64,000 nucleotides of DNA from a virus, in IMG/VR virus record IMGVR_UViG_3300049489_000321, positions 32,001-96,000 of that record, one strand, 5' to 3'. Positions within the stretch are counted from its first letter, which is position 1; every line of letters begins with the position of its first letter. Below, piece by piece: positions 51,624 to 61,267 of this stretch. The notes beneath the pieces were generated by a model, which worked only from the letters and a program-made list of their open reading frames with translations, searched no databases and was not told the origin of the DNA. The translations under genes and the position numbers were made by a program.

Positions 51624-54079
51624 TGTCTACCGTTAATATGAAGACGCGAGCAATCGCAGTGGTACATTCTCACGTTATAAAAGGAGATGATAACGGAATT
51701 ATTGATCTTTCTAACGACTTAATTGCTATTCAAACCAATAAAGCGTTAAAGGGCTCTGGCGGAATGTCTTTAACGTTAGTAGCGCGTAGGAATTATCTTA
51801 ACTTGATATATCCTAACGATGTAATAAATCTATATATAGATCCAGGTGATGGTAAACGTGGATTTGTAAGAACTTTTTTTGGCTATATAGATCGTATAGA
51901 GCGGTCGGTGTCTACCGACGACAAAGGAGCCACCTCCACAGTATTTAGAATAGCCTGTACAGACATGACCAAGGTTTTTGATAGAACCGACGTTTATTTC
52001 AATCCAAATTTGGCTAATCGTAAAGATTTCCTAGAAACACGCTTTGGACAATCGCAATTAGCTGGGCACGCGCTTAGAACAGCAGGTATATATGCGCACG
52101 GTTCTCCTGCTGATATGGTAGAAAATCTTGTTACCATGTTGTTGGGATTCGGCGCGCAGTGGATACTGCCTTCGTCTTATATAAACAACGCCAAAGGCTT
52201 GGATAGAAATAAAGAAAACCGTATAAATAGAACAAAAGCGCGAGTTCCTTCTACAGAGCAACAGTGGTTTACAGATCTTGGTGGAGTACCAAACAATGTT
52301 AGTAATTTGGATAAAGAAATAGAAGATCTTTTAAAGCAACAGGACGAGTTAATAAAAACAGACGATCTAGATGCTTTAGCTAAAGTTAATACAGCTTTGG
52401 CCAACAGACAGGCAATAGCGGATCTTTTGGAAGGTTCTCCGCAATTTAGAGCGTGGTTAACAGCGCAGTCGTCCGCAGTTAATCAAAAACCTACTATTTT
52501 AGATTTAATTGATCTTTCTTTTATAGAAGCTATGTCTATTGATGGGTGGATTGCGTCCACTTCTATTTGGCAAAAGCAAGGTAGTTTAGCTTCGTTGATG
52601 TATGGTTATTCCAATGAAGTGGTAAACGAGTTGTTCTTTGACTTAAGACCAGCGATGGTAGATGGCGGCGAAGGAATGTCAGACTCTTGTTTTGGAAAGA
52701 CATATTCATACGAATCAGACGAACTTAACATAAACCTAGAAGGTACTGACGGCTTTCCGGCTGCTGTGCCTGCTGTAAAATACGTGCCTGCTATCGTTAT
52801 GCGGGAATACCCGTATTCTACTAGCGAAGGAATAGACTTAACAAATTTGTTCATTTCAGATATAGGCGGTGTTTTTGAGTTTGTACCGTTTGGACCGGTT
52901 TTTGGAATGGGGGTGTCTACTGAACCTGGTGAACCAAAGCGTGTTGTGTATGACTACAATACGGTTCCTTATGTTAAAGAGAAAGGCGGATTATCGCCTA
53001 TATCTAACCAATTTACCTCTATATCTAAGCCGTTAAAACATTTAGATGTAATACCAATTACAAACCAAGACGTAAAAGAAGACAGTCTAGGCCGAAGTGA
53101 TAATGACGTTTTTAATCTTTTTGCATTGTACGCAGAAGACAGCTTACAACAACAATACAAATATTTACTACAAGACCTTTTTCCAATAGTGACGCCGGTT
53201 AGTATAGAACGTAATGGTTTGCGCGTAATGGAAATGTCTTCTATGTTCGCTAATTTCAGTGAAAGCAATAAAGTTGAAGGTAGTGGTATAGACACTGCGT
53301 CTATTAGACAAAATCTTGCTCGTTGGGCATTTCTTTTAGATCACTGGAATCAGCACAATAATGAGTATTTAAACGGCGACATGACGTTACGAGGTATGCC
53401 TGAAATTCGCGTAGGTATGCGCCTAGATCATGTAGATAGACACGAAAGTTATTATGTAGAAGAAGTAAGACACAACTGGAGCTATCCAGACGCGATGACC
53501 ACTACGGTAACCGTTAGCAGAGGACAGAGAAACGATCCTTTTCCTGCTTACATACCTCCACTAGTAACCAGAGATTTTGGTAAACCTAAAACTTTACAAG
53601 ACATCGAATACATTGCCTCTAAAGGTGGAGCCAAAATACCACTTGGAGACAACCTTGCAGATCAAGGATTTGTTTTAAGCGACGTTAGAGACGACGTTCA
53701 GTCGGTGACTAGTTTTGCGGGCGAATCCGTGGTAACTGAAAACGGAAACACAATATTAAGTGGAGGCGACCGAACAGATGCGGGACGCTTGTCTAAGTTT
53801 TTTCACGTCAACCCAGTACGCGCTACAGAAACTAGTGAACAAGGAACTCCTGTGGATAGAGCGTTTCATAATACAAATTATATAGATTCTCCTACTGAAA
53901 TTACTAACGGTGCGTATATACCTGCTTACCCAGCTGAGGCGCCCAGAACAGGATTTACTACATCAGAGAGCGCTGAAGTAGTAGCAATACGCGACATAGA
54001 CCCTGAGGAATGGAAGACTTTGGTTGAAGAACTGGGGGAAGAAGGCGCTAGAAACGCCCTAAACTTAACAGATGAATAA
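51623..54079 (+). CDS. baseplate hub protein
   Basis: N-term FG.IDRIE, C-term G.PEIRVG.RL...YYVE.V.H.W.....TT..VSRG. Confidence 0.75.
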   Translation: MSTVNMKTRAIAVVHSHVIKGDDNGIIDLSNDLIAIQTNKALKGSGGMSLTLVARRNYLNLIYPNDVINLYIDPGDGKRGFVRTFFGYIDRIERSVSTDDKGATSTVFRIACTDMTKVFDRTDVYFNPNLANRKDFLETRFGQSQLAGHALRTAGIYAHGSPADMVENLVTMLLGFGAQWILPSSYINNAKGLDRNKENRINRTKARVPSTEQQWFTDLGGVPNNVSNLDKEIEDLLKQQDELIKTDDLDALAKVNTALANRQAIADLLEGSPQFRAWLTAQSSAVNQKPTILDLIDLSFIEAMSIDGWIASTSIWQKQGSLASLMYGYSNEVVNELFFDLRPAMVDGGEGMSDSCFGKTYSYESDELNINLEGTDGFPAAVPAVKYVPAIVMREYPYSTSEGIDLTNLFISDIGGVFEFVPFGPVFGMGVSTEPGEPKRVVYDYNTVPYVKEKGGLSPISNQFTSISKPLKHLDVIPITNQDVKEDSLGRSDNDVFNLFALYAEDSLQQQYKYLLQDLFPIVTPVSIERNGLRVMEMSSMFANFSESNKVEGSGIDTASIRQNLARWAFLLDHWNQHNNEYLNGDMTLRGMPEIRVGMRLDHVDRHESYYVEEVRHNWSYPDAMTTTVTVSRGQRNDPFPAYIPPLVTRDFGKPKTLQDIEYIASKGGAKIPLGDNLADQGFVLSDVRDDVQSVTSFAGESVVTENGNTILSGGDRTDAGRLSKFFHVNPVRATETSEQGTPVDRAFHNTNYIDSPTEITNGAYIPAYPAEAPRTGFTTSESAEVVAIRDIDPEEWKTLVEELGEEGARNALNLTDE

Positions 54080-55250
54080 GCTATTAGACGGTACAGCTAT
54101 CCAGTCTGGTCACGCTAGAAATAGCGATGATTATTCTAATGAACGCCTATACTATCCTGTTCTTGGTATTGTTTTAACTGTTTATTCTTCTGATGATAAA
54201 CGCAACAAATCATCAGTCACTAAACACGATGGTAGAGGATCGCGTTGGGAAGCTGAGGTTTTAGTAATAAATGATGGAAGCGATACTTATTGGAAAGTAA
54301 AAGACGCTATCATTTTATCCTCTGGTGTTACTGGAATTGATGATTTTCACGAAGAACTACCAAGAGGGTGTTCACAGATGTTAGATGGTTCTGTGTATAA
54401 AAGTAATCTTGCTTCTATCGATCCAAACAAGCTTGACGGTGATCGCTGTCTAGTTTCGTTTGTTGGAGGTAGATTGTCACAACCAGTTATAACTAACTGG
54501 TTTCCACATCCTTCAAATACGTTTGATTCAAGCACGCAAGGATTGCGAGACAGCACGCTTACTCAAGGCAAGCGTTTTGCAAAGCGCTACTCAGGAACAG
54601 AACTAGTTGTAACTCCAAAAGGTTCTGTATTCTTAGACACTAATAACAGTGGTTCCACAGTGGTGGGTACTAGTGGAGGCGTAAAACGTAAGAAAACAGA
54701 TGTTGGTGGAGATGTTTGTTTAAGCGTTAAACCAGGAAGAAAATTAGAGGTTAATTTCAACCCATCTGTTCCTACACCAACAACAGAACCGGCATTATTT
54801 CAGCCTAATCCGTCAATTGGTGAATTTACAAGAAATGTTGACAAAACTACGGTTACTTTTGATGAAGATTTTGTTAATGCAGTAGCTGGTAAAGTGGTAC
54901 AATTGATAGGAAAACAAATACAAGACAGTATTTTGTTAGGTGAAACTCCTACTGATCACGCTGTTTTGGGAGAACATTTGTTGGCTACTTTTAACGCAAT
55001 GATTTCAGTATTTAACGCAAATGTAGCGGTGTTTAACTCTCATAAACATTTAGACAGCACTGGTTCACCTACTGGTTCGCCTATTTCGGCAGCTATTCCG
55101 AATCCAGGATTTATACCATTTCCAACGCCTGGAACTGCTGGTCCACCTAGTCTAGACACTAACCCAATGTATGTAGGTACTGGTACTGCACAAACCGATG
55201 GCAGTGAAATGCCTGAGTCGGATTTATCCGAGGTGGTTAAATTACAGTAA
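54072..55250 (+). CDS. baseplate spike-like protein
   Basis: GD.CLV.FVGG...PVI OB-fold; C-term FNSHKH metal-tip motif. Confidence 0.7.
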   Translation: MNKLLDGTAIQSGHARNSDDYSNERLYYPVLGIVLTVYSSDDKRNKSSVTKHDGRGSRWEAEVLVINDGSDTYWKVKDAIILSSGVTGIDDFHEELPRGCSQMLDGSVYKSNLASIDPNKLDGDRCLVSFVGGRLSQPVITNWFPHPSNTFDSSTQGLRDSTLTQGKRFAKRYSGTELVVTPKGSVFLDTNNSGSTVVGTSGGVKRKKTDVGGDVCLSVKPGRKLEVNFNPSVPTPTTEPALFQPNPSIGEFTRNVDKTTVTFDEDFVNAVAGKVVQLIGKQIQDSILLGETPTDHAVLGEHLLATFNAMISVFNANVAVFNSHKHLDSTGSPTGSPISAAIPNPGFIPFPTPGTAGPPSLDTNPMYVGTGTAQTDGSEMPESDLSEVVKLQ

Positions 55251-56974
55251 TGCGCGACACAATAACGCCTGACAGATCTAACTGGTTAGGCACAACAAAC
55301 AACAAAGATAAGAAGAGTTTCTACAGCCTTGCGCTTGTTGTAGATGGTACGCTTTCTAGTGATTTTAACAACATTCCTTTAGAATTTTTATTCAACACAG
55401 ATCCACAAGGCATAGATATTGAGGAACCTGCGGCGGTTCAAATTGTACCCACGCAGAATGGCGGACAGTTTGTTGAGAACCAAGGTACAATTTATAAAAA
55501 TATTAATATAAAAGGTACTACTGGTTTAAGACCTAACATAAATAAACCAGGTGGCTTCAGGGTTTCTCCATACACAGGAAAAGGCAAACCCGGCACTAAC
55601 GTGCCAGATAACGAACAGACTGGTTTTGATGATTTAGTAGCTTTGGTTAACTTTTTTAGAATCTATTCAGCCATTAAAAAAGACCCTATTAATGCTTATA
55701 AAGTTACGATGGTTTGGAAGAATGCCCGTGAGGGTGAGTACTATCGTGTAGAACCTATAAATTTCAAAACTTCCAGAGCTTCTAGTAGTCCTATGACCAC
55801 TATGTACGACATAACCCTTCGTACAGTTGCTGCTTTAGATTTTAAAGACAAAATAGATAAACCAGTAACTAAACTCGGGTTTACAGCTAGGCTCAAGGAT
55901 GCTACAAACGACATTGCTCGTGGATTCGCTACGTTGTCTGCAAAACAAGATACTTTAATATCTGTTGGAGCAAAGTTTGTCACCGACTTGTTGCAGCCAA
56001 TAAACGATTTATTGAATGCGCTGACGTTGTTTACTACCTCAGCTAGCAGGGTGCCTGAAATTCCGCGCTATATAGTGAGCAATCTTATTGATAACGTAAA
56101 TCGTGCTAAAATTGCTTGTGAAGATCTAGATCAAACTTACGAACAATTCAGCATAGTTGGCCCACAAAAGGCGGCTGCTAAGAACTTAAAAGACATAGCA
56201 GATGCGTTGATTAGAATATTTATAGAAGACGGTCTTTTCGGAGCAGAATCTGGGGATAAAGCCCAGCGTAAAATAAAACGCTATGAAAATACAGTAAATT
56301 CCAAAGGTACGATTTCAAGCGATTTATCGTCGCTAGGAAGCGGTGCCAGTCTTGCGGATATTAACATAGGCGAAGACATAAGAAAGGTAGCAAAACGTCT
56401 TGTAGGCGACTACAGCGCGTGGAAAGCCTTGGTCCTGCTCAATGATCTTAAGCCGCCATACATAAGTCCTACTGGCGATGGAGTAAGTGTTTTAAGACCA
56501 GGAAAAGACAGCATTCTGTATCCTTCTAGTACTGCCACAAGAAGTTCTTCTGTATCTAGAGATATTACTGCCAAAAGAGGATACGACGTACTCTACGGTA
56601 GAGACATTAAATTAACTAATAATCTTAATGGATTACGTACTATTTCTATTGATTCTAAAGGAGACATAGCGCGTGTTTCTGGTGTAGATAATGTGTCTCA
56701 AGCAATTGACATTAAATTCAACACAGAACAAGGAGAGCTTGGTGCTCATGAATCGTTTGGAATTAAGCTACCTATTGGGGTGCGTTCCAGTTCAGCGTTA
56801 TCATTGGCAGAATTTGACATAAATGCCAGAAGCACCCTGCTTTCTGACAGTAGAATCGCGGCAGTAAATAGGTTAGAATTAGAAGTGCAGGGAAATACAA
56901 CTCTTATAAAGGCAGACACCCAACTTATTGACGGTGGAGACACTCTATCACTAAGTTTGGATGTACGTAAATAA
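55250..56974 (+). CDS. tube-initiator/LysM-like plus gp25-like baseplate wedge fusion
   Basis: I.GTTG; DIR.VA.R..GD...W..L..LNDL.PPYI; GRDI, G.DN..QAI, TE.GEL..H..FG, D.RI. Confidence 0.7.
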   Translation: MRDTITPDRSNWLGTTNNKDKKSFYSLALVVDGTLSSDFNNIPLEFLFNTDPQGIDIEEPAAVQIVPTQNGGQFVENQGTIYKNINIKGTTGLRPNINKPGGFRVSPYTGKGKPGTNVPDNEQTGFDDLVALVNFFRIYSAIKKDPINAYKVTMVWKNAREGEYYRVEPINFKTSRASSSPMTTMYDITLRTVAALDFKDKIDKPVTKLGFTARLKDATNDIARGFATLSAKQDTLISVGAKFVTDLLQPINDLLNALTLFTTSASRVPEIPRYIVSNLIDNVNRAKIACEDLDQTYEQFSIVGPQKAAAKNLKDIADALIRIFIEDGLFGAESGDKAQRKIKRYENTVNSKGTISSDLSSLGSGASLADINIGEDIRKVAKRLVGDYSAWKALVLLNDLKPPYISPTGDGVSVLRPGKDSILYPSSTATRSSSVSRDITAKRGYDVLYGRDIKLTNNLNGLRTISIDSKGDIARVSGVDNVSQAIDIKFNTEQGELGAHESFGIKLPIGVRSSSALSLAEFDINARSTLLSDSRIAAVNRLELEVQGNTTLIKADTQLIDGGDTLSLSLDVRK

Positions 56975-56977
56975 ACC

Positions 56978-58810
56978 ATGGCATTTCAGCCCAAACAATT
57001 TGCAAACATACTAGAAACAATGATTAATTACATGCGTGCCAACACGGATGTAACTGATTACGAAATAGGATCTGTTGTTAGGTCAATCTTAGAAGCTTGT
57101 GCGCTTGAAGACGACGAAGCCTACTTTCAAATGGTTCAACTACTTGATTCATTTTCGATATTCACCGCTACCGGTGCTGACTTGGTGCGTCGCGTTGCGG
57201 ACTACGACGTGGTTCCTTTGCAACCAAACGCTTCTCTTGGGTACGTAACCATTAGAGATGAGCTACTGCCTACCTCTACTTTATCAATCGATAAACTAGC
57301 TGGATCTACTACTTTGCTTATCGAAGATTCTTCTGGGTTATCAACTAGCTATCCATACGACGTAAGGGTAGGTGAGGGAACTCTACAAGTAGAAGATGTT
57401 CAAGTTAGCAACAATAACACGCTTACTAACACATTAACAATTGCTCCACTAGTTAACAACCACAGCGCTGGAGAACGGGTATCTTTTGTTAGCGGTGCCG
57501 CCGACAAAACAATCACCGCAGGTCTACAAGTACAGTCACCAGCCGTTGGTAATGAGTCTGCTGTTGTGTTTTCTACTATTGAAAACGGTACTATAGTAAA
57601 CGGCAATTACTCTTCTACATCTATCAAAGCAAGAGCAGTTTTACCTGGTCTTGCCGGTAACGTAGGTTCTGGTCGTATAACACAGTTTACATCTAGTGCT
57701 CCGTTTAGCGGCGCCTCTGTAACCAATCTAGCCTCGTTTGGCGCAGGTAAGGGCGAAGAACTACCTGAAGAACTTCGATCTAGAGCACTAGGAAAGAAAC
57801 AAGCTGCGTCTAGAGGAACTCCTTTAGCTCTTAAAGAAGCCGTACGCGGCGTAACAGACGCTGTTACAAAACAAAGAGTTTCTACTTCAAATGTCTTAGA
57901 AGATTTTGAAAATGATGAAGTTATTGTTTATATAGACGACGGTACTGGATTTACACCGGATCAAGTCCAACTAGGAACTACCACCGTAGGCACAGCAGTA
58001 TTAGCTGGCGCAGGTACGGTAGAGATCGACGATGCAGTCGATTTCCCAGACGCCGGGTATATTGTTATAAGTCCTGAAAACTCGTCGCAAATAGAGCTGC
58101 TTGAATACGACGGCGTAGACAGAACAGTTTCACCAGCGGTGGTTTCCCTAATCGGAAGCACTGTTAACGCACATGATGTCGGTGATGAAGTAGTTTTGGT
58201 AGACGTATTAGATTTGTCTGCTGAAGAAGGTACTAATTACTACGAAACATCAGATTTACCGATAGTTAGAAATTCGTATAGATTGTGGATAGATAACGGG
58301 TCAGGATTGACACTTCAGACTGAAGATGTTGATTATATCTTAAAACGTGGACTAGGACGGATACAACTAATCGGAGACGGCACAGACGCGGGAGACGTAG
58401 TTGTAACTACATACACTTACTACACGGGATTAGTTGCTACGTGTCAAAAAATAATAAATGGCGATGAAACCGACGAAGTTAACTTTCCAGGTGTTTACAC
58501 CGCTGGAATTCCTCCTGTTGTAGAAACTCCTACAATTAGAAGAATAACTATTCGTTTACTAATAACTGCTATTGAAGGTAAAGATAAAGACGATTTACTT
58601 CCACTCGTAAGGACTGTCGTGGAAACATATATATCTAGCCTAGGTATCGGAAATGACGTTATTTTGTCTGAAATTATAAAAAGAGCCATGCGTGTTCCTG
58701 GTATGTATAACTGCAAGGTTATTACTCCAACATCAGACGTGGCTGTTTCTGAAAACGAACTGCCTGTTCCTTATGACACGCAAGGCGACTCTATCGTAAC
58801 TATTGTCTAA
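56978..58810 (+). CDS. baseplate J-like wedge protein
   Basis: TDY.IGSVVRSILEA, PG..GNV, G.G.E..EELR.R, LGIG.DV.LSEI. Confidence 0.88.
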   Translation: MAFQPKQFANILETMINYMRANTDVTDYEIGSVVRSILEACALEDDEAYFQMVQLLDSFSIFTATGADLVRRVADYDVVPLQPNASLGYVTIRDELLPTSTLSIDKLAGSTTLLIEDSSGLSTSYPYDVRVGEGTLQVEDVQVSNNNTLTNTLTIAPLVNNHSAGERVSFVSGAADKTITAGLQVQSPAVGNESAVVFSTIENGTIVNGNYSSTSIKARAVLPGLAGNVGSGRITQFTSSAPFSGASVTNLASFGAGKGEELPEELRSRALGKKQAASRGTPLALKEAVRGVTDAVTKQRVSTSNVLEDFENDEVIVYIDDGTGFTPDQVQLGTTTVGTAVLAGAGTVEIDDAVDFPDAGYIVISPENSSQIELLEYDGVDRTVSPAVVSLIGSTVNAHDVGDEVVLVDVLDLSAEEGTNYYETSDLPIVRNSYRLWIDNGSGLTLQTEDVDYILKRGLGRIQLIGDGTDAGDVVVTTYTYYTGLVATCQKIINGDETDEVNFPGVYTAGIPPVVETPTIRRITIRLLITAIEGKDKDDLLPLVRTVVETYISSLGIGNDVILSEIIKRAMRVPGMYNCKVITPTSDVAVSENELPVPYDTQGDSIVTIV

Positions 58811-58811
58811 T

Positions 58812-61259
58812 ATGGCCATTAAGATAAACCAGTCAGCTATAGCTGAAGCAAAAGATCAGTTGTTTTTGGACACTGCCGATGGGCAGCGCTTAAATAACGT
58901 TTCTTCTAATTTAGGGCTATTTAGACCGATCTTAGGTATAGGAAGCGACGCTGAATGGCGTGCTATTGTTAAAAAAATAGCACATAATCCTAAACTAATT
59001 CAACGCGTTTTTAGACACATTATAGAATGCTGCATAGGTCCTAGATTTACTCGCACCGCCAACTTGTCTGCACCCACTGAAGTAGGAGACAATGTTCTAT
59101 TTGTAAACAACGCAGAAGAATTAATACAGTTAGGAACATTGGTAATAGATTCTGGGCTTCCTACCGAAGAAACAATAACTTTTGATTTTGTAGACAGAAT
59201 AACGAACAAAGTCATATTAACAAGAGGACTTACCTACGCCCACCAGGTACTGTCAGATGGGTCTGGAGTTTTGGCTGAAGATAAGGCTGTTTCTTCTATA
59301 GAACTTCCTCTTTACGACTCTAGTTTGTTGCCGACCACTAACTACCCTTATCCGCTGCTGGTGGGATCAGGTACAGAGAACGAAGAGATGGTGTTGGTGT
59401 ACGACAACGACACCATTACTAATACGTTGACTATTTCTGCTTTAACAAAAGATCAGAGTGGATTTAAGAGTTCTTTTCTTCGTAGAGAACTTCTACTGGA
59501 AACGTTTGCTGGTCGAACATTTATACGTTTCGATGTTAGTGAATCTAGGTGTTTCCCATCGGAAGGATGGTTGCGTTTAGACGCGAATAGTGTTGATGAA
59601 GAAGTAGTGTATTTTACTAGCAACGACGTAGATAATGACGTTATATATTTAAAAACACCTCTTAAATTTTCCCATGTAGCCGGTACTTCTGTGGAACTTC
59701 TAAGACCGGGAGCTAGTGTTAAGTCTGCGTCTTTGACACAACCGGGTATAGGTTGGGAAATTTTTGACGCAACCAATAGAGATCTAAAAATATACATTCC
59801 TCCAACGTATAGAGAATACAGAATTCTAGACGTAACATATTTACACACTGCTTCTCCTGGAGCAGTGTCTACCACGCTTGACAGTAACGTCTCTATCGGC
59901 GACACGGTTATATCGCTTACAAGTATTGCTGGATTTCCTTCACTTGGTTTAGTACAAATAGATGGTAATGAAGTGGCTTTTTATTATGAACTAGACGAAG
60001 ATAACGCCACGATTACGTTAATAAACGGAACGCTATCTGCGTATTCGGCTGGCGATTCTGTAGACGTGTTGACCTACCCGTATTCCGGTTCTGATTTGGA
60101 AGATTCTAATGTATTTGATATATTAGGCGACATCATACTCAACGTATTCCCTGGTAAATATTTGTTTGACGCAATACAACAGTCTCCTAGCTCTGTTTTC
60201 ACAACGCTTGACGTAGCCGTACCTCCTCCGACCAGACTGCTATCAAGTCAACTTTCTGGATTTACAAACATAGAAGTTGAAGACGCTAGTATGTGGGGTA
60301 CTCCAATATTTTCTGCTAGAATAGGAAGCGGAACGGGGTCTCAAGAAGATTTGACTGTAACCGATGTTACTATAGCTAAAACTACTTCTGATCAATTAAA
60401 CGGAGCAGTTTCTATAGGTGGAACATCTTTGGTACTTGACAACACTAGCGGGTTCCCCGAATCCGGTGTTGTAAATATGGCTGGGTACAGAGTTATCATA
60501 GACGAAGGAACCGTAGATGAAGAAATTGTACGTATATTAGACAATGACGTAGGTACAAATACGTTTACTTGTGTTCCTTTAGTACTTAATCATGCGGACA
60601 ACGCTGTTGTGTCTCTTTTAAATGACACCGTGACGTTTTCCACAGGGTTAAATAACTCGCACGACGGTGACAGCGTGTCTCCCACAGTCGTTGGTGATTC
60701 TGTAGAAGTATTGACGGAGTTTCTAGAAGTCGTTTCAGTTGCAGGGTTTTCTAATTCAGGTAAGATAATAATAAACTACGGAAACGCTAGATCTCCTGTA
60801 AGAGCAGAGATTATTGCTGCAAGTCCAGGCAGCTATACCATAGCAGACAGCTCTGTGTTACCTGAAGTTTACCCTTACCAACTAGTTTTAGGGCAAGGTC
60901 TGTCTACTGAAGAATACGTGTTTGTAACCAATAACAACACAGGAACAGGTGTTTTAACGGTAACCGGCGATGTTAATACACATTTTGCTGGAGAATACAT
61001 AGAATTTAGAGTAGAATCACCGGAAGTAGTAAATTATCAAGATATCGATTCTGGTAAACTACAATTTATTCCACCGGTAGTGTTGAATAAACACGAAATA
61101 GGTGAACAAGTAATGGTAACTAATCAACCAAGTGAACCTAGCCTAGATGGGTTTGATTACCCATTCTATTTGCCACCAGACAGGTTTCTTTGCTTGACTT
61201 ACGCTTTTGGTTTAGTAAGAGGCGCTGGTATTCAAGTTTCTATTGTTAATGAACGGTAA
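58812..61259 (+). CDS. baseplate wedge (gpI-like) protein with repeated beta modules
   Basis: LDTADG..L..V..N.GL.RP....D..WR N-term; C-term VRGAGI.V. Confidence 0.7.
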   Translation: MAIKINQSAIAEAKDQLFLDTADGQRLNNVSSNLGLFRPILGIGSDAEWRAIVKKIAHNPKLIQRVFRHIIECCIGPRFTRTANLSAPTEVGDNVLFVNNAEELIQLGTLVIDSGLPTEETITFDFVDRITNKVILTRGLTYAHQVLSDGSGVLAEDKAVSSIELPLYDSSLLPTTNYPYPLLVGSGTENEEMVLVYDNDTITNTLTISALTKDQSGFKSSFLRRELLLETFAGRTFIRFDVSESRCFPSEGWLRLDANSVDEEVVYFTSNDVDNDVIYLKTPLKFSHVAGTSVELLRPGASVKSASLTQPGIGWEIFDATNRDLKIYIPPTYREYRILDVTYLHTASPGAVSTTLDSNVSIGDTVISLTSIAGFPSLGLVQIDGNEVAFYYELDEDNATITLINGTLSAYSAGDSVDVLTYPYSGSDLEDSNVFDILGDIILNVFPGKYLFDAIQQSPSSVFTTLDVAVPPPTRLLSSQLSGFTNIEVEDASMWGTPIFSARIGSGTGSQEDLTVTDVTIAKTTSDQLNGAVSIGGTSLVLDNTSGFPESGVVNMAGYRVIIDEGTVDEEIVRILDNDVGTNTFTCVPLVLNHADNAVVSLLNDTVTFSTGLNNSHDGDSVSPTVVGDSVEVLTEFLEVVSVAGFSNSGKIIINYGNARSPVRAEIIAASPGSYTIADSSVLPEVYPYQLVLGQGLSTEEYVFVTNNNTGTGVLTVTGDVNTHFAGEYIEFRVESPEVVNYQDIDSGKLQFIPPVVLNKHEIGEQVMVTNQPSEPSLDGFDYPFYLPPDRFLCLTYAFGLVRGAGIQVSIVNER

Positions 61260-61267
61260 AGGTTATT